Shown: positions 9,428-19,146 of the stretch, one piece after another
How positions within the stretch are numbered: position 1 is the first letter of the stretch
Layout: each line of letters opens with the position of its first letter
Assembly (NCBI GenBank): GCA_964602665.1
Contig: CAZRRH010000002.1
Location: 62,171-126,170 of the forward strand
DNA length: 64,000 nt
Origin: an uncultured Candidatus Saccharibacteria bacterium
GTDB lineage: Bacteria > Patescibacteriota > Dojkabacteria > SC72 > WJKH01
Direction of reading: 5' to 3'
Position numbers and translations under genes: made by a program
Notes under the pieces: generated by a model
Told to the model about the DNA's origin: nothing
The model's database searches: none
What the model saw: the letters and a program-made list of their open reading frames with translations, nothing else

Positions 9428-10910
9428 GCTTTAATTTAATATCTCCATCTAAGCCTAATTCCTCATTCTTTTTGTCTATATATTCTTTATCATCTTCGTA
9501 AATAGATCCATCATCATAATTTTTCTCTGGTTCTTTAGTAAAGGTTTTATTCTTTGGATCATATTTATAAGTGTAAGTTGTTTTATCTTCATCTTCATCT
9601 GCATCTTTTTGATAATAAAATTCTATATCGATCTCTGGATAATCTGTAATATTAAAATAAATGCAGTTATTATCTATTTCTCTAGCTACGCTATAAGATG
9701 CTTTTCCATCCAGATCTGTGACTAAATAATCATTTTTTTCTTCTATTAATATCTCTTTATTAAGGATCTCAATGTAGTAAATATAATCTGATTTATTCCA
9801 AGACCTTATGACTTTTGTCTCTCCCGTTTTAAGATCTTGTTTTTTTAAATTTAGATAAATATGACTAAAATAGCCTTCTTGATTGTCATATTTGCAATTG
9901 GATGAACAGTAAAAAGATATATCTGAAGTATATAAATAGACAGTGTTGTTTTCTTCTACTAGACCAAGCATTAATGTAGATGTCGCAGTTAACAGATCTT
10001 TGTCTCCAGTAAATCTTGGAGCCTCATTACCTGGGTAGATAAACTTTGCCAACTCAGTTTTTGCTCCAGATGAAAGATTTATTGTTATAACTGATTCTGT
10101 AATAAGCATTTCAGGAGAATTTTCATAATGTCCAAGAGTTACATCTATGTATGCGACATTATTTATTATTGATATTTTATCACTAATAATGAAATAACTA
10201 TCGGAATCTTCAAGACTTGTTAGAAGAATGGTATGTTTTGGAGTTGTGGATTTTTGATTTAGATCAAAAATATAGAGATTAACATTGCAAGGATTGCTGT
10301 TTTCATCCTGATAATTATAACTAAAAGCATATGGCCAAGCAAATAAGGTGTCTTGAACAATTTTAAACTCAACTTTTGTATATGAACTGGTGAGACAATT
10401 TGAATCGTTTTTAATAATGCTTGTTTTATTGGCAAAAAGTTCAAGGGTCTTTGTTTCTAAATTGTATCGAAATATCGAGCCATCTTTTACAAAATACAGG
10501 AAATCTTTATGGACATAAACATTTTTTAGGTAAGAATCATAAAAATAGTACTTATAAGACTGTTCTCCAATTGTATTTACTATTTCTTGATTTTCATCAT
10601 CAAAGATAACTAGCTCTGGTGATGTAAATTCATTTATTATGTCATAAGTTAGACTGTAATCTTTTGTACCCTCATCTTCTATCTTTTGCGTAGAAACGGG
10701 TGGAGTATAAGGGACTGTATCATCGCAACATTTCGATGCAACTTTGGGCGATACCAAAGCTTTTACATTATTGATAAATGCGTCAAGGAACAATATCCCG
10801 GCAAAGCCATAAATAAAGCAGTATATAGATACTGATAGAACGATAAAAAGCTGCATTAATAAACTGTTTGCCCTTAATGCAGAAAAGAGTGTTTTATTAT
10901 TTTTTTTCAT
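9387..10910 (-). CDS. membrane-anchored hypothetical protein with an acidic C-terminal tail
   Basis: 507 aa with an N-terminal TM anchor and a beta-rich ectodomain. The tail is D/E/Y/K-rich (DADEDEDKTTYTYKYDPKNK...). Confidence 0.4.
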   Translation of the reverse strand: MKKNNKTLFSALRANSLLMQLFIVLSVSIYCFIYGFAGILFLDAFINNVKALVSPKVASKCCDDTVPYTPPVSTQKIEDEGTKDYSLTYDIINEFTSPELVIFDDENQEIVNTIGEQSYKYYFYDSYLKNVYVHKDFLYFVKDGSIFRYNLETKTLELFANKTSIIKNDSNCLTSSYTKVEFKIVQDTLFAWPYAFSYNYQDENSNPCNVNLYIFDLNQKSTTPKHTILLTSLEDSDSYFIISDKISIINNVAYIDVTLGHYENSPEMLITESVITINLSSGAKTELAKFIYPGNEAPRFTGDKDLLTATSTLMLGLVEENNTVYLYTSDISFYCSSNCKYDNQEGYFSHIYLNLKKQDLKTGETKVIRSWNKSDYIYYIEILNKEILIEEKNDYLVTDLDGKASYSVAREIDNNCIYFNITDYPEIDIEFYYQKDADEDEDKTTYTYKYDPKNKTFTKEPEKNYDDGSIYEDDKEYIDKKNEELGLDGDIKLKLIFRTQDYYDSQY

Positions 10911-11057
10911 AAATACATTATATAAAAATTAACTAACTATTACAACGATATAATATCTAAAAAGTAACAAAATGTACTTTTGACAATGAAAAAGAGCATT
11001 GCAAATCATGATGAAAATATGTTAATATATATAGTGATAAAATAATCATAAAAAGCT

Positions 11058-13487
11058 ATGCCAGAACAAATAAATATAATGGATTACTTCTCGCAAAGAG
11101 CAAGTAATTCGCTACAAAAATCAGCAGAAATCGCAGTAAATGCCGGAAGTAATAAAATCGATACTGAGCATTTGCTTGCAGGAGTTCTTTCTGAAGATGA
11201 GGTCGTTAAAAGAGTCATAAAAGAGCTCAAGCTTGATATAGAACTTTTACAAAAGCAGCTGTCTGAATATATTGGTGAGGACGAGGATAGGGAAATCTCG
11301 TATGAACAAACACCGACGCTATCTCCTAGAGTAAAACAAGTTTTGCAACAATCTTTTATGGAATCTCGCAACTTAGGTCATAACTATATTGGAGGTGAAC
11401 ATATACTTTTGGGACTAATATCTGAAGGAGAAGGATTGGCTTCACAACTTTTTGTTAAATATGGTGTTGATTATAATCAAGCACGGCAAGCTGTTGTTAA
11501 AGTCGTCGGAGAGGGTGATGAAAAGGGTGAGAAAATAACCGAAAAATCAGAAACGCCAAATTTAGACAAATACTCTCGTGACCTAACACAATTGGCGTAT
11601 GATGGCAAAATTGATCCGATAATAGGTAGAGCTGATGAGATAACTCGGGTTATACAAATACTATCGCGTCGTAAGAAAAACAATCCTGTGTTAATTGGAG
11701 AACCTGGAGTTGGTAAAACAGCTATTGCAGAAGGGTTGGCTTATAGGATATCAAAAAATAATGTCCCAGATATCCTAAGAGATAAAAGAGTAAAAGAGCT
11801 TGATGTCGCGTTATTAGTCGCAGGTGCTAAATTTAGAGGTGAATTTGAAGAACGCGCAAAGAAGGTTATAAAAGAGCTACAGTCCACAGGTGGACAGATA
11901 ATTCTTTTTATAGATGAGTTACACACAATTGTTGGATCGGGTGCATCAGAAGGACAAATGGATCTTTCTAATATGTTAAAACCTGCTCTTGCTCGTGGAG
12001 AGCTCAAAGTAATTGGCGCAACAACTTTAAACGAATACAAGAAATATATAGAGAAAGATTCTGCTTTGGAGCGACGATTTCAGCCTGTACTTGTTAATGA
12101 GCCAACAGTTGATCAGACAATAGATATTCTCAAAGGACTTCGGGATAAATATGAAGCTCATCATAAGGTAAAAATAACTGACGAGGCAATTGTTAGTGCC
12201 TCAATTATGTCTGATAGATACATAAAAGATAGATTTCTTCCAGATAAGGCAATTGATTTGATAGATGAGTCTGCAAGCAAGGTTCGTATTGAGTCTTCAC
12301 TTGTTCCCGATGAGATCGCAACTTTACAAGACGAGATTGAGAAGCTTGAGAAAGAGAGAGAAGCTTACAGCAGGGCGGGTGAGCATGAGAAAGGCGCTCA
12401 ATTAAAAGTGCAAATCGAGAAATTAAAAAGTCAATTACAACCGCTTAACGACCAGTGGAGCAAGAAAAAAGGGACGGGTACTCCAACAGTAACAGCAGAT
12501 TCAATTGCGGATTTAATATCATTACAAACAGGGATACCAGTTAGCCAGCTAAAATCAGAGGATAAAGAGAGACTTTTGCACTTAGAGGAAGAATTACATA
12601 AAAAAGTTGTTGGTCAGGATGAAGCAGTTAAGGCCGTGTCTGAGGCTGTACGCAGAGCAAGAGTTGGCCTTAAAGATCCTAATAGACCAATAGGCTCATT
12701 TTTGTTTATGGGGCCAACAGGAGTAGGCAAAACATTGTTAGCTAAAACGCTTGCTTGGCAAATATTTGGTGATGAAGAAGCAATGATTAGGCTTGACATG
12801 AGCGAATATATGGAGAAATTTGCAGTAAGCAGAATGGTTGGGTCTCCTCCTGGTTATGTTGGATACGAGGAAGGAGGTCAGCTTACAGAAGCAGTACGAA
12901 GACAACCATATAGTGTTATTTTGCTAGATGAGATAGAGAAAGCTCACAGTGATGTTTTTAATATTTTGCTTCAAATTTTGGACGACGGGCGTCTTACTGA
13001 TGCTAAGGGGAGAACTGTTGATTTTAGAAATACAATTATAATCGCAACTAGTAATATAGGTTCTGATTTGATTATGGACTCCCTAAAAGGAGGCAAAGAT
13101 CCTGATTGGGATAGGCTCAAAGAAAAGATGATTGACAGATTAAAAAGTCATTTCCGACCAGAATTTTTGAATAGACTTGACGATGTTGTTATCTTTAGAA
13201 AGTTAGAAAAAGCTCAGATAAGAGAAGTCGCTAAAATTTTAATTGATGAAGTGGTTAGAATGCTTAAGGCACAAGGTTTTGAGCTAATTGTTACAGATGC
13301 TGTTCTTGATCATTTGGCTGATATTGGATACGATCCTGAATTTGGTGCAAGGCCAATGAGAAGAGTAATACAAGAGAGTATTGAAAATAAATTAGCTGAT
13401 GGATTGCTTAAGGGAGATTTTAAGACGGGACAGAAGATTACTGTGGATTTTAAAGAGGGGAAGGTTCTTTTAAATTCTAAATTTTAA
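11058..13487 (+). CDS. clpC: ATP-dependent Clp protease ATP-binding subunit ClpC (Clp_N plus two AAA+ modules)
   Basis: The Clp_N repeat is [19 protein letters not shown]. Walker A motifs are [15 protein letters not shown] and [15 protein letters not shown]. Sensor/arginine-finger regions are present. At 809 aa the middle domain is ClpC-length. The last codons and stop are supplied by a repeat element. Confidence 0.85.
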   Translation: MPEQINIMDYFSQRASNSLQKSAEIAVNAGSNKIDTEHLLAGVLSEDEVVKRVIKELKLDIELLQKQLSEYIGEDEDREISYEQTPTLSPRVKQVLQQSFMESRNLGHNYIGGEHILLGLISEGEGLASQLFVKYGVDYNQARQAVVKVVGEGDEKGEKITEKSETPNLDKYSRDLTQLAYDGKIDPIIGRADEITRVIQILSRRKKNNPVLIGEPGVGKTAIAEGLAYRISKNNVPDILRDKRVKELDVALLVAGAKFRGEFEERAKKVIKELQSTGGQIILFIDELHTIVGSGASEGQMDLSNMLKPALARGELKVIGATTLNEYKKYIEKDSALERRFQPVLVNEPTVDQTIDILKGLRDKYEAHHKVKITDEAIVSASIMSDRYIKDRFLPDKAIDLIDESASKVRIESSLVPDEIATLQDEIEKLEKEREAYSRAGEHEKGAQLKVQIEKLKSQLQPLNDQWSKKKGTGTPTVTADSIADLISLQTGIPVSQLKSEDKERLLHLEEELHKKVVGQDEAVKAVSEAVRRARVGLKDPNRPIGSFLFMGPTGVGKTLLAKTLAWQIFGDEEAMIRLDMSEYMEKFAVSRMVGSPPGYVGYEEGGQLTEAVRRQPYSVILLDEIEKAHSDVFNILLQILDDGRLTDAKGRTVDFRNTIIIATSNIGSDLIMDSLKGGKDPDWDRLKEKMIDRLKSHFRPEFLNRLDDVVIFRKLEKAQIREVAKILIDEVVRMLKAQGFELIVTDAVLDHLADIGYDPEFGARPMRRVIQESIENKLADGLLKGDFKTGQKITVDFKEGKVLLNSKF

Positions 13488-13544
13488 ATTCTAGATTTTG
13501 AATTCTAGATTTTGAATTCTAGATTTTGAATTCTAGATTTTGAA
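13475..13544. repeat. tandem 14-bp A/T-rich repeat: one degenerate copy plus four perfect copies of TTCTAGATTTTGAA
   Basis: Units lie at 13489-13502, 13503-13516, 13517-13530 and 13531-13544. A degenerate copy, TTCTAAATTTTAAA, at 13475-13488 overlaps the clpC stop codon at 13485-13487. Confidence 0.85.
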
Positions 13545-13596
13545 TTAGTAGAATGGTTTGGTTGCATTTATGCTTTAAATAAGATAAAATAATGAC

Positions 13597-15015
13597 ATGC
13601 AGAAAATAACAAAACAGAGCGAGAATTTTGCTAAGTGGTACCAAGATGTTGTGGCTTTTGCAGATCTTGCAGAGAGTTCTGAGGTCAGGGGCTGTGGTAT
13701 TATTAAACCTTATGGGCTCAAAATATGGGAATTGATAAAACAGAATCTTGCTAATAGAATTGAGGCTACTGGCGCACAAAATGTTTATTTCCCAATATTT
13801 ATACCTCTTGCTAATCTAGAGACAGAAAAAGAGCATGTAGAAGGATTTGCTCCTGAACTTGCTGTTGTAACACATGGAGGAGGGCAGGAGCTTACGGAGA
13901 AATTGACTGTCAGGCCAACAAGTGAAACAGGAATGTATAAAGCTTATGCTAAGTGGATTTCTAGCTATCGTGATCTTCCTTTAAGGCTAAATCAGTGGAA
14001 TAATGTTGTTAGGTGGGAGAAAAGGCCAAGGGCCTTTCTTAGATGGAGTGAATTTTTATGGCAGGAGGGACATACTGTTTTTGAGACGAAAGAAGAAGCG
14101 ATTGATGAAATGTGGCAAATGCTTGGAATATATGAGCAAGTTTACAAAGATTTGGCAATTCCTGTATTTAAAGGTAAAAAATCAGAGAAAGAAAAATTCG
14201 CAGGGGCTGATATAACAACTACAGTCGAGGTAATGGCTAAAGACGGGAAAGCAATACAAGGTGCAACAAGTCATCATCTCGGGCAGAATTTCTCAAAAGT
14301 TTTTGACATCAAATTTGCCGGAAAAGATGGTAAAGAGCATTTTCCATATCAAAACAGTTGGGGATTTACATGGAGGTCTGTTGGAGCTGTGATAATGGCT
14401 CATGGCGACGATTTTGGTCTAAAGTTACCCCCTAATGTCGCACCAATTCAGGTTGTCATAGTCCCTGTTATCAATAATGAAAAAATCGCTGTTTTGGATT
14501 CTGCTAAAAAGCTTGTAAAAGAATTAACAGATCTTGGATTAAGAGTAAAATTAGATGATCGAGAAGATCAAACAATTGGATACAAGTTTAATGAATGGGA
14601 GTTAAAAGGAGTTCCATTACGCATTACAATTGGTTCAAATGAGCTTAAAAATGGCGAATTTGAGCTATTTAGACGCGACAAGATGAGTAAAGAGTTTGCA
14701 AAAGCTGATTCTATTGGAGATTACATTGTAAAAAAGCTCATTAAGATTCAAGAAGATATGTATAAGGAAGCCAAGGAATTTGCCGATTCTCATGTTTATA
14801 CTATTAACAACTTAGAAGAAATAGATGAAAGAAAAGGATTCTTCCGTGCTAGCTGGTGTGAAAGTAAGGACTCTGAAAATTTACTCAAGGAGAAATATAA
14901 AATGGTGTCTCGAGTATTGCCTGTTGAGTGGGAAAAGCTACCTCCAACAAATAAAAAATGTTTTATCACTGGCCAAGAAGCAAAACACGACTGGCTTTTT
15001 GCAAAAAGTTACTAA
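13597..15015 (+). CDS. proS: prolyl-tRNA synthetase, archaeal/eukaryotic type (class II)
   Basis: The N-terminus WYQDVVAFADLAESSEVRGCGIIKPYGLKIWE is typical of archaeal-type ProRS. Class II motifs are present. The C-terminal Zn-binding domain ends in the conserved terminal Tyr (..FAKSY). Confidence 0.85.
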   Translation: MQKITKQSENFAKWYQDVVAFADLAESSEVRGCGIIKPYGLKIWELIKQNLANRIEATGAQNVYFPIFIPLANLETEKEHVEGFAPELAVVTHGGGQELTEKLTVRPTSETGMYKAYAKWISSYRDLPLRLNQWNNVVRWEKRPRAFLRWSEFLWQEGHTVFETKEEAIDEMWQMLGIYEQVYKDLAIPVFKGKKSEKEKFAGADITTTVEVMAKDGKAIQGATSHHLGQNFSKVFDIKFAGKDGKEHFPYQNSWGFTWRSVGAVIMAHGDDFGLKLPPNVAPIQVVIVPVINNEKIAVLDSAKKLVKELTDLGLRVKLDDREDQTIGYKFNEWELKGVPLRITIGSNELKNGEFELFRRDKMSKEFAKADSIGDYIVKKLIKIQEDMYKEAKEFADSHVYTINNLEEIDERKGFFRASWCESKDSENLLKEKYKMVSRVLPVEWEKLPPTNKKCFITGQEAKHDWLFAKSY

Positions 15016-15125
15016 TATCGTCCATAAAACGAGAAAAGTAAAATTCACGCAGATTTCACATAGGTTAGATTATAATTCGAAGCATAAGGTTGGCCACCAT
15101 AAATATTTAAATTTTTATTAAAAAT

Positions 15126-15602
15126 ATGATGAATAAAAAAATTATGGCTGTTGTAGGAGTAGTTGCTTTATCTGGCGCTGCTACTTATGGTTTATTAAAA
15201 GCCGATCCTGTAATTGCACAGGAAACAGATACAAATGTCCCAACCTGCGTATCAGAATTTATGCAGGAACAAAAGGCGCAAATTGATCAAAAGATCGAGG
15301 AAGCTTTAAGTGAGGGTAAAATAACTCAGAAACAGTACGATATAATTACTGCAATGAGAGATATTATGCCCGATTTAGGCAAGAATAGGGGTAATATGGA
15401 AGACATTGATCCCAATACAACTGTTGGACAACTTCATGAGCAAAGACAGCAAGAAATTGTTTCTGCACTCAAAGAAAAAGGTATAGAAGTTACCATGCAG
15501 GAGCTTGAGGATCTTAGAGAATTAAGAGAGGATCTAGGCCTAAAGGGCCCTATGGGAAGAGGTGGAAAAGGCAGAATGAGAGCAAATCAGTCTGCTGAGT
15601 AA
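15126..15602 (+). CDS. secreted all-helical periplasmic protein (possible CpxP/Spy-like stress or TCS accessory protein)
   Basis: A signal peptide (MAVVGVVALSGAATYG) precedes a Gln/Glu-rich helical protein with an ITQKQ (LTXXQ-like) motif. It sits immediately upstream of the response-regulator and histidine-kinase genes. Confidence 0.4.
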   Translation: MMNKKIMAVVGVVALSGAATYGLLKADPVIAQETDTNVPTCVSEFMQEQKAQIDQKIEEALSEGKITQKQYDIITAMRDIMPDLGKNRGNMEDIDPNTTVGQLHEQRQQEIVSALKEKGIEVTMQELEDLRELREDLGLKGPMGRGGKGRMRANQSAE

Positions 15603-15616
15603 TTAAATTTTTAGAT

Positions 15617-15644
15617 GTTCTCCCATCGTAAATGATGGGAGAAC
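15617..15644 (+). promoter_or_regulatory. perfect 11-bp-stem hairpin, GTTCTCCCATC-gtaaat-GATGGGAGAAC, between the secreted-protein gene and the response regulator
   Basis: Seen directly in the sequence, with no U-tract after it. It overlaps the first in-frame ATGs of the ORF-track response-regulator start, so the true start is probably the ATG at 15653. Confidence 0.4.
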
Positions 15645-15652
15645 AGAAAAAT

Positions 15653-16312
15653 ATGAGAATATTAGTTGTGGAAGACGAAAAAGACATATTAGATCCTATC
15701 GTAAAATTTTTGCAGTATAATAAATATGCTGTTGATGGCGTTATGGATGGTAAAACTGCTCTTGAACAAGCAAAAGTTAATAAATACGACTGTATCTTAC
15801 TAGATCTAAACTTACCTGAGATTGACGGCTTATCAGTTGCAAAGGAGCTAAGAGAAGAGAAAATCGATACTCCGATTATTATGCTTACAGCTAGAGGATC
15901 TTTGGGTGATAAACTGGTTGGATTTGAAACAGGAGCAGATGATTATATTGTCAAGCCTTTTGATTTTAATGAATTGATAATGAGGATTAATGCAGTAATT
16001 CGTCGTACTAGTGTAGTCAAAAAAGATGTTCTAAAATGCTGTGATATAGAGCTAGATACAATTAATAAAACAGTAAAAAAAGGGACAGAACACATAATAC
16101 TTGGTAGTAAAGAGTACGGTATTTTGGAGTATCTTTTGAGAAATAAGGGAAGATTTATAAGCGCAGAGGAGCTTTTAGAAAAAGTTTGGGATGAGCAGGT
16201 CAATATTTTTACGCAGACGGTTAGAGCTAATATCAAGACCTTGCGTAAAAAGATAGATAAGAATAAACAAATAATCAAAAATGAAAGAGGAAAAGGGTAT
16301 ATCATTTATTAA
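15653..16312 (+). CDS. OmpR/PhoB-family response regulator
   Basis: Receiver-domain motifs are MRILVVEDE, LLDLNLPEIDG, the phosphoacceptor Asp and TPIIMLTAR. The C-terminus is a winged-helix domain. The ORF track starts at 15632; I place the start at 15653 because of the hairpin. Confidence 0.8.
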   Translation: MRILVVEDEKDILDPIVKFLQYNKYAVDGVMDGKTALEQAKVNKYDCILLDLNLPEIDGLSVAKELREEKIDTPIIMLTARGSLGDKLVGFETGADDYIVKPFDFNELIMRINAVIRRTSVVKKDVLKCCDIELDTINKTVKKGTEHIILGSKEYGILEYLLRNKGRFISAEELLEKVWDEQVNIFTQTVRANIKTLRKKIDKNKQIIKNERGKGYIIY

Positions 16313-17405
16313 AAAAATTCCGCTGAGATGGAAGTTCACACTGTTATATTCGGGGATACTTTTTGCACTAATAATGATTTTTTCAATATCAATGAATTTG
16401 GCAATAAAGAATCATTTTGAGAGAACAGCCCTACTTCAACCAATAAGAAAAAATTCTTACTCAACACAGATAAGAGAGCAGATACAGGAGCAAATGAAAG
16501 AAAATAGAGCACAGGATTTGGAAAAAATCCAAGAGTTTACTTTAATAAGTATTCTTCCTACTATTTTTGTAAGCTTGATGTTTGGATACTATATTTCTGG
16601 ACAATTTTTGTCACCATTGAATAAATTGAGTAGAAAAATAGGTGAATTAACACAAAATAATCTTGGGCAGACAATTCCAATTGAAACAAACGACGAGATT
16701 GCTCTTATAACAAGCAGTTTTAATCAGATGTCGATAAGGCTTAAAAAACAGTTTGATTTGCAAGAAGAGTTTATACAAAACGCTTCACACGATATCCGCA
16801 CACCGATATCTATAATACAAGCCAATTTATCATCTGTATCTCTAATAAAGAATGCTAAGCAATCGGATTATAAAGAAGCGATTGATAAATCTCTTAAAAG
16901 TATAGAAAGATTAAATACGCTAACAGATTCTATCCTTAACTTATATGAGGCAAAAAAGCTTATAAAAACAGATGTCAATTTAAACGATTTAGTTAATGAC
17001 CAGATATTATTACTTAAAGATTATGCAAAAGAAAAAGGCGTTAAAATAATAAAAAAGTTTGATGAAAAAAGGAATGTTAGGATTGATAAACTCAAGATAG
17101 GGCGAGCGATTTACAATATAATTCATAATGCTATAAAATTTTCTTCTTCTAGTAAGAAAGCCTCTGTTATTATTACAATTAAGAGAGACAGAATTTCTAT
17201 AAAAGATAATGGTATTGGAATACCTAAAGATAAGACATGTAAAATTTTTGATAGATTTTATCGGGTTGATAAGGCAAGAAGCGGTAAAATAGCTGGGAAT
17301 GGACTTGGTTTGGCAATTGCCAAAGATATCATTGAAGCTCACAACGGAAAAATAGAGTGTATAAGTAACGTAGGTGAGGGAAGCGAGTTTGTGATATTTA
17401 TATAA
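16281..17405 (+). CDS. sensor histidine kinase (HisKA + HATPase_c) with two N-terminal TM helices
   Basis: H-box ASHDIRTPISII. N, G1 and G2 boxes are present (IIHNAIKFS, IKDNGIGIP, GNGLGLAIAKDII). It overlaps the response-regulator end, as is typical of an operon. Confidence 0.8.
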   Translation: MKEEKGISFIKKIPLRWKFTLLYSGILFALIMIFSISMNLAIKNHFERTALLQPIRKNSYSTQIREQIQEQMKENRAQDLEKIQEFTLISILPTIFVSLMFGYYISGQFLSPLNKLSRKIGELTQNNLGQTIPIETNDEIALITSSFNQMSIRLKKQFDLQEEFIQNASHDIRTPISIIQANLSSVSLIKNAKQSDYKEAIDKSLKSIERLNTLTDSILNLYEAKKLIKTDVNLNDLVNDQILLLKDYAKEKGVKIIKKFDEKRNVRIDKLKIGRAIYNIIHNAIKFSSSSKKASVIITIKRDRISIKDNGIGIPKDKTCKIFDRFYRVDKARSGKIAGNGLGLAIAKDIIEAHNGKIECISNVGEGSEFVIFI

Positions 17406-19125
17406 CCTCCGTAAGATCTGTTCCGTTCATACAATCTGGGGCTTTGACCCCAAGAAGTGATAATATCGTTGGTGCAACATCTGCAAGAATCGAAGTAGCT
17501 CCGTTTATATCTGGTCTTAATCCAATTTTATAGATTCGATCAGATGAGTTTTTCTCTACTTGAGAAATATCGTCAACAACAATAAAAGGAACAGGATTAT
17601 TTGTATGAGAAGTGTTTGGTTTATGAGTATATTGATCAATCATAACCTCGCAATTGCCATGATCTCCAACAATTAAGACTATGCCACCTTTTTTTATCGC
17701 TAGACTACAAACTTTTTGGACACATTTGTCGGTAAATTCAACGGCTTTAATTGTGGCATTATAGTCGCCTGTATGACCTACCATATCAGGGTTTGCATAA
17801 TTAATAAGCATAAAAGAGTAGTAATCAGCCGTATGGGCCTCCAACTCTTTTAAGACTTGATCTGTAACTGCTTGTGCACTCATCTCTGGTTTTTTTGAGT
17901 AATCAGGGTCAAAAGGTGATGGAATATTATAAAATTTCTCTTTGTTATGTTTCTCTTTTCGTCCTCCATTAAAAAAATATGTCACATGAGCTGTTTTTTC
18001 TGTCTCACTTATGTGAATTTGACCCCAACCTTGGCTAGCGATAACATCCGCAAGGGTTGTTTCAATTTTATGAGGTTCAAACATGTTTTTTGTTCCTAAA
18101 TCTCTTTCATATGAAGTCATTGTTACGATGTGGAGATTTTTTGGGGAGGAGATTTTTGGTAATATCGAAAATTTTTCATCTGCAAATACCCTTGTTATTT
18201 GTCGTGCTCTATCTTCTCTGAAATTAAAGAAAAAGAGTATATCATTATCTTTTATACTGCCAACTGGATTATTATTCTTGTCAACCATGGTCGTTGGTGT
18301 AAAAAACTCGTCTTTTTCACCGTTTTTATATGTCGATTGTAAAAGTACAAATGGATCAGTTGCAAACCTTTCGCCTTTGCCAATCATGCAATTATATGCA
18401 GCAATGGTTTTGTGCCATCTCTCATCTCTATCCATAGAAAATCTCCTTCCCGAGAGTGAAGCCAAGTGCCCGCATTTGCTTTGGCGCATAAATCTCATTA
18501 GATGGCTAAGATAAAGGTATCCATCCATATTTGGAGTGTCTTGACCGTCAAGAAAGCCATGAATGTAAGGATCTATTTTATTAGCTTTGCAAATCTTTAT
18601 TAGCTCAAAAAGATGGTCAATATGCCCATGAACACCTCCTGCGCTAATTATTCCAATTAAATGAAAATTGGTTTTTCTTTTTTTTGCGAGAGAAATAGCT
18701 TCTTTTAATGCCGGGATGTCTTTAAACGTGCCCTTTTCAATCGCATCGTTGATTTTTGGAAGGCTTTGTTGAACAATTTGTCCTGCTCCAAGATTAAGAT
18801 GGCCAACCTCACTGTTGCCGGGCTCATTTAAAGGCAGTCCGACATCTACACCGCTTGCTTTCATGAGTGTACTACGCCCTTTGCTCCACACAGTATCTAA
18901 GAAAGGTGTTTTTGCATTGTAAGTAGCATCTCCGTATGTTTCATCCGCACTAACTCCTAAAAACTCATCAAGCTTATTTTTTTTCTTTTTCTTAAGCTCT
19001 CTTGGGACAATGCCAAGACCATCAAGAACTATAAGAATAATTAAATCTGTCTTGCGAGCTTGTGTGTCGGGGATTTCTTTTATCTTATCGTCTTTTTTGA
19101 ATATAGAAAGTAGCTTTTTTATCAT
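17398..19125 (-). CDS. gpmI: 2,3-bisphosphoglycerate-independent phosphoglycerate mutase (iPGM)
   Basis: Motifs LIVLDGLGI, NSEVGHLNLGAGQIV, HLIGIISAGGVHGH, FLDGQDTP, SLSGRRFSMDRDERW and IVGDHGN. The N-terminal region carries short insertions rich in Lys. Confidence 0.85.
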   Translation of the reverse strand: MIKKLLSIFKKDDKIKEIPDTQARKTDLIILIVLDGLGIVPRELKKKKKNKLDEFLGVSADETYGDATYNAKTPFLDTVWSKGRSTLMKASGVDVGLPLNEPGNSEVGHLNLGAGQIVQQSLPKINDAIEKGTFKDIPALKEAISLAKKRKTNFHLIGIISAGGVHGHIDHLFELIKICKANKIDPYIHGFLDGQDTPNMDGYLYLSHLMRFMRQSKCGHLASLSGRRFSMDRDERWHKTIAAYNCMIGKGERFATDPFVLLQSTYKNGEKDEFFTPTTMVDKNNNPVGSIKDNDILFFFNFREDRARQITRVFADEKFSILPKISSPKNLHIVTMTSYERDLGTKNMFEPHKIETTLADVIASQGWGQIHISETEKTAHVTYFFNGGRKEKHNKEKFYNIPSPFDPDYSKKPEMSAQAVTDQVLKELEAHTADYYSFMLINYANPDMVGHTGDYNATIKAVEFTDKCVQKVCSLAIKKGGIVLIVGDHGNCEVMIDQYTHKPNTSHTNNPVPFIVVDDISQVEKNSSDRIYKIGLRPDINGATSILADVAPTILSLLGVKAPDCMNGTDLTEVI

Positions 19126-19146
19126 AATCTGATATAATTATACACT

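Noticed and set aside
10911-11057. Sigma70 promoter or CtsR operator upstream of clpC
   Set aside because: A TTGACA hexamer is present near 10980. There is no properly spaced -10 element, and I could not see a CtsR-like GGTCAAA direct repeat. Too weak to call.
13475-13544. Possible CRISPR array, because of the regularly spaced short repeats
   Set aside because: The units are directly tandem, at 14 bp with no spacers, and are A/T-rich. No cas genes are present. It is a simple tandem repeat, not a CRISPR array.
14003-15121. Small ORFs 14003..14215 and 14825..15121 in and after proS
   Set aside because: These are alternative-frame ORFs inside or overlapping the ProRS coding sequence and its 3' flank. 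They have no motifs and Lys/Arg-rich junk composition.
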